Source: Tubulanus polymorphus (lineage: Eukaryota; Animalia; Nemertea). Taken from it: a stretch of DNA of 64,000 bases. Made by a program: the position numbers and the translations under genes. This document shows positions 38,901-50,073 of this stretch, one piece after another (the first letter of the stretch is position 1; each line of letters opens with the position of its first letter). The stretch lies in the NCBI RefSeq assembly GCF_964204645.1, contig NC_134036.1, positions 5,920,600-5,984,599 on the forward strand, in the 5' to 3' direction. Under the pieces are notes generated by a model. That model made no database searches, was not told where the DNA came from, and was given only the letters and a program-made list of their open reading frames with translations.

Positions 38901-41900
38901 TGAGCGCCAACTGATATATTTTCTGTAGCCTGCATTTCAGTCGGCACTCCGAACACTCACTGCTTGTAGATGGAGACAAAATCGGTTTAAACTTCCATGT
39001 CTATCGTTGTACAAAGATCCAGCAATATCTCAAGTTATTAGCGATTTTCCTGTTTGTAATCGGCGTGATGGATGTATTTTCACCGCGGATGAGGTCTAAA
39101 TCCTGCCTCGCCGGTGGTGATTGTCAGGGTCCGTTCCGTTGAGGCCGTGAAACCGAGCGCCAGCAACTGATATATTTGCAGCGGCCATCCATGCAAACTT
39201 CAAGCACAACGAAACTGCTTGAAATTGAAATCGCGCAGTTCTGGAGTTGAACGTCGTTCAATCACATCATTGGATTCCGAGACCAGTAAATAAATATCTT
39301 AACCCGAATCGATAAAGAAAAAAGCCACGCGTATAGATTTTGCTGCGGAATAAAATCCCCCAGGATCTTTGTAAACTAAAGGGATCAATACAAAAAGCAG
39401 TATTCATCCATGAAATGTTTCATATACTGTTTGCTCCGAACAAGACACAGAATCTTATGCATTTCTGTCATCAGTTTCCTTACCGATTTTACAGTAGAAT
39501 TTTTCCAGTCACAACTTTACCGCACTAAGAGACAGAGTCTACTGTATTTCACAAACTCTTACTCAATATTTGACCCCAACTCGAGTTTGAATTTTTTCAA
39601 CGCTGGACTTTACCGCAGTAAGAGACAGAGTCTACTGTATTTCACATACTCTTACTCAGTATTTGACAGCAACTCTACATCGATATTTGACACAAACTCG
39701 GGGTAGAAATTTACCAGTCTTAACTTTAATACAGTAAGAGACAGAGTCTACTGTATTTCACAAATTCTTACTCGATATTTGATACTAAACCGGGATAGAA
39801 TTTTACCAGTCACAATTAATAAGGCAGTAACAGACAAACACAACTCGTCTCGACGGTGAATTGAAATTAGGTCTTTACCGCGATTTCGGTTAATTCCAGA
39901 AATAACGAATCATTTAAATATCACGAAAATAGAGGATTCCTCAGTCTTAAGGCAGGGATATTGCTAATGGATTTAATCGTTTAAGCTGCTGTGAACAATT
40001 CCGGTTCTGTATGAGTATTTCGGGATATGTAGAAACAATTGGTTTAGTTTAATCAATCCTTGTTTCTTTTCGTAATCGTAAACATCGCAATCAACTGAAT
40101 CCGAAAGCGACGCCTCGAATCGCAATAAATGACGAAATTACAAGACGCTACGATCATTCTTACTATATTTTGAATTTGGTTTATTATTGCGTAAGAGGAG
40201 CCTCGGCCAAGTTTTCCGTTTAGAGTACGAATTAGATTTTGGATCGATGCTCTGAGTTCAAAAGATTTTTTCAATAAATAAAAAGATGAAATGAGAATTA
40301 ACGTCAGAGTTAAACTACGGTCACTGCTGCTGCTGCGGTTAGAAGTTTGATTATTTGTAGACATGGTTTTTCTCGCTGCTCCTGCGCGTCTCAACGTGAA
40401 AATCAATCGGATAGTTATTAGAACCACTATCACTGTCGGGATTATAGTAAATAAAGGAGCGCGGACAAATGCATCATAATACCTGAAATAGATGTTTTTA
40501 CCAAATGGCGTCCATTTCTGAGTCCATCTCTCGTGTCCAGTGCACGGATTGATGGAACGACGGGTATAATATTTGAAATAATTCCTAGTCTGATCACAAA
40601 CTAGAATGACCGTAACAAAAAAGATGTAGATATAACTTCTTTTCATACTTATGATTCTTACAGTTTCTAAAGGCCAACAAACAACGATATATCTGTCTAT
40701 AGCTATTAACAGTGTTATCAGATCACTGATATTTGAAAAAATGAGGCGACTGAATTGACTGTATGAATATATCCGCTTCATGGCGTGGTTTATTTCAGCA
40801 GTCATGTCCAGTAACAGCGTGTGACTGTAGAGCCAATATTGAAAGTCAAATACGATATACGATATACAAATAAACATGTCCGCAACCGCCAAACATCTCA
40901 AATAGAATATACTGGTGTTGTTTGAACTTTCTTTACTGATGATGATAAAAGACAGCAAATTCGTGCCCATTCCGAAGATGGCTATGCTGAAAACGACGTA
41001 AGTAGTGATCTGTAGATACTGATTCACGTGAAACGGTTTGTAATCGGCGTGATGGATGTATTTACACCGCGGATGAGGTTTAAACCCCGCCTTCTCAGTG
41101 GTGGTTGTCAGGTCCGATCCGTTGAGGTGGAGAAACTGAGCGCTAACCGATACATTTTCTGAAGCCTGCATTTTAGTCGGCACCCGAAACAGTCACTGCT
41201 TGTAGATAGAGACAAAATCGGTTTTAACTTCCATGTCTATCGTTTTACAAAGATCCAGCAATATCTCAAGTTATTAGCGATTTTCCGGCTGCAAAAATAT
41301 ACTTTCGATATAAACGGACCTAAAACCACCAGATAGAACGGTCTCCAATGCGCGCTGACGCTGAGAGACTAGAACTCGATGTACTAGAGCTCTTAGCTCT
41401 TAGACGACCGACAGCGAATATGATAAACCTGCAATTTCGGCGCAGCTAACGTCTACCCGATCATTCCATTCAGAAAGTAGGCGATATCTAGATCCGAATC
41501 GACGATGAAAAAAGAATCTGAGCTTACAACTTGCTATAGAATGATATATGCGAGATGTATAGTAAAAAACTCATCGAAGGAAGTTTAGACTTTCGACTGC
41601 GTAGTGTATGTTTTCAGCCCGGACCTAGTTGGACTTAACGTGTCCAAACTGAACCAAGTCAAAAACAGAGCTGTACTGTATTTCAGAAACTCTTACTAAG
41701 TATTTGACGCCAACGCAAGAATTTTTTCAGTCTGAACTTTACAGCAATAACAAAGACGACTGATGACTGATAGAGTAAAATAATAGAGATAATAGGCTAT
41801 TGGCGTAGATAATACGAATCCTGCTTCTAAGCTTACTAGCGAGCATAATTTTTCAAAAATCAAATTTTTCGATTAGGAAACCCCCAAGACTATGTATTTT

Positions 41901-44729
41901 CTGAATGACAATAGGCATTGCAAAACTCGTTGAAAAATCTCTTAAGTATATTGAAGTATTTTGAAAATTGTTCATATATTTGTGTTCTAACGTCAGACTC
42001 ATCGCTTTTTTTTTGTTCTTACTGTGGGTTAATCAAGTTAATAAGCATTAGACTGCCACTCGTCTACGAAAACCGAAATTGCAAAATGTGTTGATATTTG
42101 GACTATTCGAATCAGAAAAAAATGTTATATATTTTCTGATGAAATAAATCCTGAAAATGCATCCTGCCATCGCCTAGAATATTTTCTATGAATCGTATTC
42201 CCGTGTTTTACTAATATTTAGAAAGGTGGATCTGATGTTCTTGGGAGTTTGAGAAATACTGTGACGATGTTTAGTAATTACTAATGATATAATTGTGTAA
42301 CGGTGACTTAAAATTAGGTGATTACCGCGGGTTTACTAGAATAGGAAACTAACGTAAATTTCAATATTAGGAGTTAATCGATAATTCTTAATTTTTTTCT
42401 TTATGGTTGTACAAAGTGTTTGCGAAACTGACTTCATAATCAAAAACGTCGGGTAATAGGGAACCGTTCCGGTGCAGTATCAACAGCTCGGGAGTCTTGT
42501 CGGAAGTTTAATTAAATTTCATTTATCATTGTTTTTCTTCGACATCGTAATAATCGCTTTCAGTTGATTTCGAAAGCGACGCCTCGAAGCGCAATAAATG
42601 ACGAAATTACAAGACGCTACGATCATTCTGATTATATTTTGAATTTGGGTGATTATTCTTGGTAATGAGCCTTTACCAAGTTTTCCGTTGAGAGTAAGAA
42701 TTAGATTTTGAATCGATGCTCTGAGATTAAAGGCTTTCTTCAGTAAATAGAAACATGAAATGAGAATTAACGTCAGAGTTAAACTACGGTCACTGCTGCT
42801 GCTGCTGCTGTTAGAAGTTTGATTATTTGTAGACATGGTTTTTCTCGCTGCTCCTGCGCGTCTCAACGTGAAAATCAATCGGATAGTTATTAGAACCACT
42901 ATCACTGTCGGGATTATAGTAAATGTCGGAGCGCGGAAAAAACCATCATAATATTTCAAATAAATGCTTTTAGCAAATGGAGTCAACCTCTGAGTCCATC
43001 TCTCGTGTCCGGTGCACGGATTAATAGATCGACGGGTATGATATTTATAATAATTCCTAGTCTGATCACAAACTGAAATGACCAAGACTAAAGTGATGTA
43101 GATATAACTTCTTTTCATACTTATGACACTAACAGCTTTTAGAGGCCAACAAACAACGATATATCTGTCTATAGCTATCAACAATGTTATCAGATCACTG
43201 ATACCTGAATAAAAAAGTCTAATGAATTGAGTGTATGAATACATGCGCTTCATAGCGTGGTTTATTTCAGTAGTCATGTCCAGTAACAATGTGTGACTGT
43301 AGAGATGATACTGAAAGTCAAATGATATATAAGACAAACAAATAAACATGTCCGCAATTGCTAAACATCTCAAATAGAATATACTGGTGTTGTTTGAACG
43401 TTCTTTGCTGAGAACAATGAAAGACAGTAAATTTGTACCGAAACCCCAGATGGCTATGCTGAAAATGACGTAAGTCGTAATCTGTAGATACAGATTCACG
43501 TGAAACGGTTTGTAATCGGCGTCATGGATGTATTTACACCGCGGATGAGGTTTAAACCCCGCCTTCTCGGTGGTTGTTGTCAGGTCCGATCCGTTTAGGT
43601 CGAGAAACTGAGCGCCAACCGATACATTTTCTGAAGCCTGCATTTCAGTCGGCACTCCGAACAGTCACTGCTTGTAGATAGAGACAAAATCGGTTTAAAC
43701 TTCCATGTCTATCGTTGTACAAAGATCCAGCAATATATCAAGTTATTTGCGATTTTCCTGTTTGTAATCGGCGTGATGGATGTATTTACACCGCGGATGA
43801 GGTCTAAATCCTGCCTCGCCAGTGGTGATTGTCAGGTCAGTTCCGTTGAGGCCGAGAAACCGAGCGCCAGCAACTGATATATTTGCAGCGGCCATCCATG
43901 CAAACTTCATGCACAACGAAACTGCTTGAAATTGAAATCGCGCAGTTCTGGAGTTGAACGTCGTTCAATCATATCATTAGATTCAGAGACCAGTAAATAA
44001 ATATCTTAACCCGAATCGATAAAGAAAAAAGCCACGCGTATAGATTTTGCTGCGGAGAAAAATCCCCCAGGATCTATATTAACTATAGGGATCAATACAA
44101 AAAGCAGTATTCATCCATGAAATGTTTCATATACTGTTTGCTCCGAACAAGACACAGAATCTTATGCATTTCTGTCATCAGTTTTCTTACCGATTATACA
44201 TTAGAATTTTAGCGAGTTTGAATTTTTCAACGCTGGACTTTACCGCAGTAAGAGACAGAGTATTTCACAAACTCTTATTCAGTATTCGATACCAACTCGG
44301 GATAGAAATTTACCAGTAACTTTTCCTAGACAAAGTCTGCTGAAACTGTTATACCAAGTCGACATGTCCAAATACTGCATACCTAAGTAATTAACCGAGT
44401 AAGTAATTATAATAATTACTTATTTGATGTAATCAAATCATTTAACCTCAACATGTTATCATCCTCCCGTATTCTCTAACAATTCAGCGTTTTGACGCCG
44501 AGAGTTTGGCAATAATTCTTTTTTCTAAACACTCAACGAACCTGCTGTATTCTGTTGGCTTCCTGGGCCGCTTTGACGGCCGCTTCGGCCGCCTCGGTCG
44601 CGCTCGTCTCGGTTTCAGCCGAGAATTTCAACGCCTGCGCCAATTCAGCGCTTATCTTGGCCACCTCGGCGTGCAGTTTACTCGCTTCGGCCCGCAGTTG
44701 TTTCTCCTCCAAATCCAAGAACGGGTCGA
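23967..44729 (-). CDS. DTHD1: Multi-exon coiled-coil/ZU5/UPA/death-domain protein (DTHD1-like); start exon not identified
   Basis: GC-rich GT-AG exons at approximately 44542-44729, 33053-33246, 32231-32470, 31639-31779, 31100-31282, 30407-30540, 29773-30043, 28974-29104, 28294-28407, 27536-27667, 27006-27249, 26449-26631, 25305-25479, 24520-24620 and 23967-24140. ZU5-like motifs EELVSNII, IYVAVPH, SSIV..Q..KPILVTIPVP. Death domain DDEYLHHLAEELGDEWKKLAHYLGL...EMLTTW...GRRDLVEEL. Boundaries are approximate, and the 33053/32470 phase is unresolved. Confidence 0.7.
25158..25266. mobile_element. Intronic MITE
   Basis: TIRs cccagtttcacaaaaagg / cctttttgtgaaactgg. A copy lies at ~61072-61176. Confidence 0.65.
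25761..25900 (-). mobile_element. 3' tail of an L2/CR1-type LINE or SINE
   Basis: The minus strand reads gcgcatttgaac...gcgctatataaatgtcaa followed by an (ATT)n-like tail. A copy lies at ~61670. Confidence 0.5.
32575..32965. repeat. Degenerate ~60-bp intronic minisatellite, ~6 units
   Basis: Recurring ttcaacgattc..tgaaattatgattagttac..atgac.acct..cattctc. Confidence 0.75.
33889..35007 (-). CDS. Intronless class A GPCR, family A
   Basis: Intact 7TM ORF with VDRY; the family ATG (MMASENV) is at 35007. Confidence 0.92.
   Translation of the reverse strand: MMASENVSVGAQFLDLNGSDLTTITTEKAGFKPHPRCKYIHHADYKPFHVNLYLQITTYVVFSIAIFGFGTNLLSLLILTKERTINTSIFYLRCLAVADMFICLSYIVFGFQYRLYSHTLLLDMTAEINHVMKRMYSYTQFIRLVFSGFSDLITLLIAVDRYIVVCWPLKAIGIVSLKKSYFIIIFVSVISVCDQVKNNFKYKATNYTRNPCTGHERWTQKLTPFAKNIYLRYYEVFFRAPLFTILPTVIVVLITIRLIFTLRRAGAARKTMSTSNQPASSSSSSSSSSDRSLTLTLVLISCFYLLKKVFDLRASIQNLILALNRKLGKGSLATMMIAFQNIIRMIVASCNFIIYCASRRRFRKQLKAMFPL
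36075..36146 (-). pseudogene. 3' shard of a family-A GPCR at a complex rearrangement junction
   Basis: Only CNFVIYCASRRRFRNRLKAMF remains. Confidence 0.85.
37835..38935 (-). CDS. Intronless class A GPCR, family A
   Basis: Intact ORF; duplicate of 4871-5971. Confidence 0.92.
   Translation of the reverse strand: MQATENISVGAQFLDLNGSDLTTTTTEKAGFKPHPRCKYIHHADYKPFHVNLYLQITTYVIFSIAIWGFGTNLLSFIILSKERPINTSIFYLRCLAVADMFICLSYIVFDFQYRLYSHTLLLDMTAEINHVMKRMYSYTQFTRLSFSNISDLITLLIAIDRYIVVCWPLKSFIIIGMKRSYICINSVLIISVCDQMRNYFKYYTSQSINPCTGHERWARRLTPFAKNAYLKYYEVFARALVITTLPTVIVVLITIRLIFTLRRAGAARKTMSPNNQTSNSSSSSSDRSLTLTLILISCLFLMKKAFDLRSSIHNLILTLNGKLGKGSLSTIMNQIQNIIRMIVASCNFVIYCVSRRRFRNQLKAMF
40053..41171 (-). 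CDS. Intronless class A GPCR, family A
   Basis: Intact 7TM ORF; ATG of MQASENV at 41171. Confidence 0.92.
   Translation of the reverse strand: MQASENVSVSAQFLHLNGSDLTTTTEKAGFKPHPRCKYIHHADYKPFHVNQYLQITTYVVFSIAIFGMGTNLLSFIIISKESSNNTSIFYLRCLAVADMFICISYIVFDFQYWLYSHTLLLDMTAEINHAMKRIYSYSQFSRLIFSNISDLITLLIAIDRYIVVCWPLETVRIISMKRSYIYIFFVTVILVCDQTRNYFKYYTRRSINPCTGHERWTQKWTPFGKNIYFRYYDAFVRAPLFTIIPTVIVVLITIRLIFTLRRAGAARKTMSTNNQTSNRSSSSDRSLTLTLILISSFYLLKKSFELRASIQNLIRTLNGKLGRGSSYAIINQIQNIVRMIVASCNFVIYCDSRRRFRIQLIAMFTITKRNKD
42519..43643 (-). CDS. Intronless class A GPCR, family A
   Basis: Intact 7TM ORF; ATG at 43643. Confidence 0.92.
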   Translation of the reverse strand: MQASENVSVGAQFLDLNGSDLTTTTEKAGFKPHPRCKYIHDADYKPFHVNLYLQITTYVIFSIAIWGFGTNLLSFIVLSKERSNNTSIFYLRCLAIADMFICLSYISFDFQYHLYSHTLLLDMTTEINHAMKRMYSYTQFIRLFYSGISDLITLLIAIDRYIVVCWPLKAVSVISMKRSYIYITLVLVISVCDQTRNYYKYHTRRSINPCTGHERWTQRLTPFAKSIYLKYYDGFFRAPTFTIIPTVIVVLITIRLIFTLRRAGAARKTMSTNNQTSNSSSSSSDRSLTLTLILISCFYLLKKAFNLRASIQNLILTLNGKLGKGSLPRIITQIQNIIRMIVASCNFVIYCASRRRFRNQLKAIITMSKKNNDK

Positions 44730-47700
44730 CTGAAAAATCAAAAACAGCAGTTAATAATTTACAGGTGAAACGTGCAGTCAGCACCGAAATGGTATTCGGT
44801 CTTTCGTTGGCATCAATGCGTGTATCAATTTATTCGATGCGGAGTCCGTGGATGATCACTTTTTGAAAGTGTGCTGATATTCAGTTCATCTTATTGTAAC
44901 ATTGTACATGGTCCAGTATACGACTATCATTCGACACAGTAATATAGTGGCAATACATAGAGAAATAACGGTGAATAATTCAATAATTCAGGGGCATAAA
45001 CCATGGAGGTTTAAAGGCTTCTTTCAGGAATCGCAAAATTAGACCAGATTTTTTTGAGGAGGCGAAAAGGCTTATCAGTTTATATTGACTAGGTCTTGAA
45101 AAAATTGTGTTAAGCACTGGTGATCTTACAGTTGTATATTCTTGACAATCAAATAAAAAGTGCACGGTATCATTTCCAGTTACATTTTGGTTGCATTTTT
45201 AAACAATATTTCTAGTTTTTACGTATCGGATTGTAACTACATGATATATAAATTATAGAAGAAATTTATATACTGGACGATGGAATAAGCATACACTAAT
45301 ATTGTATAAGATAAAGGCAAATTAATACCAGTTTCTACGAAAGCGTCCTGGGGACATATCTAATATAAAGAATCGAGGTTAATTCCAAGTTTGTAACTCG
45401 AAATAAGCTAGTTTTCTCAGTTAAATGTGATTTTTTTTAAGGTTTATTCCGAGTTTGTAACTCGGAATTAACTCCAACCTCCAAAATTACATTTAATAGA
45501 TATGTCCCCATACAGGACGCTTCCGTAAGTTTCAATCGTTTGTTAACTACATTTGAAGATGTGTAACCATGGTGTGCGCGTAGTTCATCTACGTTCACAG
45601 CCCTGAATGTTGCATCGTTGCAAATTTGAGCAATGAATTGGAAACATAACTGAAAACTAAAGATTCACATGGTTTAGGTGAATTGAAACTATCGCGGATG
45701 ATGCGCTGAACACTCGTGAAGTGTCAACGATCAGTTTTCGAAAGTGTGCTGATAAACTGTCTGGAGTTCGTAGTTCATTTTCAATTAAATATGTCTCAGG
45801 CTAAGCACTGAACACATGTGACGTGTCGACGATCAGTTTTTGAAAGTGTGCTGATAAAATGTCTAATGTCTGGTGTTTGTTGTTCAATTTCGATCAAACA
45901 TGTCTCAGGTGAAGTACTAAGCATAATATGAGAAGTGTGGACGATCGATTTCTGAAAGTGCGCTGAAAAACATGTATAATGTCTAGTATTTGTAGTTCAT
46001 TTTCAATTAGAAATATTTCGTGTGAATTACTGAACACATGTGATGTACCTATATATTCAATGTAATCTCGTTGCGACGAACTTCTTTATGGACCACAAAG
46101 TTATCGTTATAACCGATAGTTCGTTATAACCGATAGTTCGTTACATCTATCATGAAATAACTTCATAGTAATTATTATCCAATAGGGTGGCCACTGGAAA
46201 TCAGGGAAAGTCAGGGAATTTTGTAAATCTGCAAAATATTAGGGACATTTTGGTGAGATTGCTAGATCACTCGTAACATTTAGAACAGTTTTCTTCATGT
46301 ATTTAACTTCGTCGATTGACCAGTTCTTAGCAGGTCCAGTCGTGGAAAACGATTTAAAATTTAGGGAAATTTTTAACAATAGACGGAAATCAAATATAAG
46401 GGAACGCATCGAAAACCGTCCCATTTGGAACGAATGCTTGGATGCGATTAGTTTAAATATGCGAGATGTGAACTTTTTCATTTACGTCGTCAATTTGAAA
46501 TTGTTCCGCGACGAATTGACTCGTCTGATATTCGGGATTCGTTACATAGCATCAGCCACTCGCCATTAGGCCTAGTTTTAAAGTGATAGGCACGAACTCA
46601 TTAACACGCCTTAACAAATGTTGGTTCTTTAGCCAATACAGCTTTTGGCGAAATAGATCGCATTCCATATAAATATGTATTTCATATATACCAAACCGCC
46701 ATTGCCAGAGTTGAGGATGAGCTATATGCTATTAATAGCTATATCAATCAGTTAAGAATACCGATTACTTCGATTTCTTAAAACTTAATCCCCAGGGGCC
46801 AGTTACATAGTCATGGCTTAGACTTAAGGCCAGTCTAAGACCAACTTACTCTTATAGCTTATCTAACAACTTAAGACCAGTCTTATGATTTAAGACCACT
46901 TTTGGACTTAAGTCACGACTTTGCAACTGGCCCCGGTACTGTTTCGATCCCGGCAGGTGTGGCTGGTTCGGGATCGGTACGAAACTCTAATCATATCAAA
47001 ATTTCAATTAGATCGTTAATGCATATTTCGAGTAATGTTCGTGTTACGACGTTATTCTCGAGATTCGTATTGATCGTGTCCGGTGAAATCGTCATCTTTC
47101 AACTATGATTTTTCGATTGCTGACACGAGAAGATGTACCTTTTATCATCAGTTATAGATGAATCCAATTCTTCGGGCGTCATTTTAACTATACGTTAGAA
47201 CGCTTTCATAAGCGAAAGACCCGTTAGTCCGGTCTCAGTAAAAAACCTAAATTATGTCTCGTACGATGGATGCCTAGTTAACTATAGCATATCGTTTACT
47301 ATAGGTTCGTGTCCAGTGATATGATAAAGCTTTTCATTCTATAGTCAATTTTTTTAAAATCAAAACCACATTGGATACCATTATCAACTTTACTGCATTG
47401 GAGTCTGAACGTATACTATAAGCTAGCATTTCTATTGAGAAACTCTTTTGGAAAACTAATCGTGACTTTTGTCATATCAAATGGCTGTATTGTATATACA
47501 TAATATCAGAGCTTTATTTACAAAAAAAAAAATGATAACAATTTGCCATGCAAATTATAAACAGTGGATGTACATTCAGAATATGAAATTTTATCACATC
47601 AATTGCGGGGGCCCGATGTAGCGAACTATTTGTTACTTGGTTCGCCAGATACTGTCTTTTACCTCATTCACGCTCAGGCATACAACGTTCGGATAAAATG

Positions 47701-48185
47701 TTGGGAAAATGGTACGATCATAGATAAGATAAACAGGAATTAATCGTAAATATTGGTTCAAGATTCTTAAAATTTGCCTTTATGTAGATAATTCGTTTGA
47801 GAAGATCTTAGATCTTTTCTTTATAAATTATGCATAACACAGGAGAGTTAACGCGGCATTAAACATTGTAAACCTGCCAGGGAATCGAATTAGAATCAAG
47901 TAGAAAATCAAGTAGAAAATAAAGAAAACTCACAAAAACTATTTTATCTTATATATTACTGTAGTTAAGTCCACTACATATAAACCTCATTGTCCACTAC
48001 ATTGAAACCCCATTAATCAGCAGGTTGTACACTATACATTTTTTTTAAATATATTTTAACAATCGAGATTTTAGGTTCCAAAACCTGGAACAAAGTTCCC
48101 GTAATTACGAAAGTTATAATTATTATAGAGAAGTAACTTTATCAAATTCTGATGCTTGATAGAGTGTAAAACATATTTGCAGAGT

Positions 48186-48475
48186 GTAAGCGCATTTAAG
48201 GAGAGAATCCCACAATGATAATAAAAAGTCCGAAAATGAAACTTTCGAGATAGTAGTTTATTACAACGTTTCGACTATATCCTAATAGTCATCTTCAGGA
48301 ATAATTATTCCGTTATTCCTGAAGATGACTATTAGGATATAGTCGAAACGTTGTAATAAACTACTATCTCGAAGTTTCATTTTCGGACTTTTTATTATCA
48401 TTGTGGGATTCTCTCCTCATCGCGTCAACACGTATATAGTGTTCTACCAATCGTAATCGTGAGTAAGCGCATTTA
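48186..48475. mobile_element. Second copy of the Penelope-like hammerhead palindrome
   Basis: Same arms, tail and 13-bp direct repeat as 10523-10812; inherited through the duplication. Confidence 0.75.
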
Positions 48476-49122
48476 TTTTCCAACCTCCAATAAAAACCAC
48501 GAGAAATAGTATTATACGCTACAATGGCTACTATTTTGGCTCTAAAGTTGACTCAGGAGCTGGACCTCGATCAGTTTAGGTTTTATACCGATATCATCTC
48601 AAATCCAATCGGGTTTGAATAACTTAAGGAATTCTGCACGTCACCACAATACGAACCTCGTGCTAATTTTTGCACGGACTATTTCTGAGTTCGTCAGTTC
48701 AGTTCAATGTAGTTACCATTTCTGATGATGTGTTTTTCATTTAGTGAAGCACTATGAGTTTCATTTATGAATATATCACATACAAAATTAACCACTTTAC
48801 CCAATATTCTATTCAGGTGCATTTGATTCTTAGATTTCATGTTTCGATTTCTAGTTTCTGCGTCTCATATCTATCCAGTTATAAACACTTATTTAAGTTG
48901 GATTGGTGTGCTATGTATTGCTTACTGGGTGGATATACGAAGTCTATGCACATTCACACCATTTAGTAACCTGAAATGATATCTTCTGGAATAGTGTGTG
49001 CTGAATATTGACTAGAAATTAGAAAGCTCTGTTGCCCGCCCGTCGTTCAATAACATAAGAAGCTTTTAGTACATCGAAAATATTAAAAGCGTTTAGAATG
49101 AATATCGTTTACCAGTAAAATA

Positions 49123-50073
49123 ATGGTGACCAATCATACGACCACTTTAATGTACGGTTTGACAATTGTGGATATCAAGTTTGTGCATCGAAAGCAATAC
49201 CCGACGACATTTATTACGTTGTCGGCTATCAACATGGTCCTAGTCACCGTGTTTGGTTTAGTCGGTAATGGCCTCATAGTAGCACTCATGTTGACGCCCG
49301 AATTCTGCAAGCAACTGTTCGGGAATTTCTTTCTCATTCTTGCTGTATCGGATAGTGGTATGATAGTTTATTATCTGTTAATGTGTCTGAATGCAGTTTA
49401 CTATCGCATAACTCGATCGATTTTGATAAATGTTCATCGCGATGATTTTACTTGCATTGTGCTTTTAGTTATGTACACTGTTTTCATATCATTAAGTCTA
49501 ATTGTGCTTTGTTTGATATCGTTGGAAAGAGCTTGTATCGTGCGATTCCCGTTTCGGGGACCTCGATTCTGGAATTCAAATGCTGCCAAACTGGTTTCGC
49601 TGGTATCAATGTGTGCACCGCTCTATATTGTTACAGCCGAGGCTAAAGGTGTAGTGTATATCGAAGGAATTGGCTGCGTTCACACAACGGATAGAACTTT
49701 AATCAAAGCCCTACAAATAACATGTATTTTATTCATACCAAGCTCAGTAATAATATTCTCAACTGCGCTTATAGTTCTGACACTCGCAAAAAATCAGCGT
49801 TTGCAGACAAATCGCTCGACGTCTTCATCGGTGTCCGTAATGGTTGTATGTACGTGCCTTGTGTTCCTACTGATAGGTTTCCCAAACAACATAATTTGGA
49901 TTCGGACTTGGATTATTCCGAAAGTTGCCCAATCGCAGTTAGCCTTTCAAATTACGGACATGATCTACCGTTGGAACTTTGCGGTGAATTTTTACGTCTA
50001 TGTTTTGACGGGAAGAGAAATTCGCGTCGCTTTACGGCGTTATCTTACTTGCGGACGCTTGCTTAAGACTTAG
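49123..50073 (+). CDS. Intronless class A GPCR, family B (copy 2)
   Basis: 316 aa; differs from 13513 at 8 aa. Confidence 0.9.
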   Translation: MVTNHTTTLMYGLTIVDIKFVHRKQYPTTFITLSAINMVLVTVFGLVGNGLIVALMLTPEFCKQLFGNFFLILAVSDSGMIVYYLLMCLNAVYYRITRSILINVHRDDFTCIVLLVMYTVFISLSLIVLCLISLERACIVRFPFRGPRFWNSNAAKLVSLVSMCAPLYIVTAEAKGVVYIEGIGCVHTTDRTLIKALQITCILFIPSSVIIFSTALIVLTLAKNQRLQTNRSTSSSVSVMVVCTCLVFLLIGFPNNIIWIRTWIIPKVAQSQLAFQITDMIYRWNFAVNFYVYVLTGREIRVALRRYLTCGRLLKT

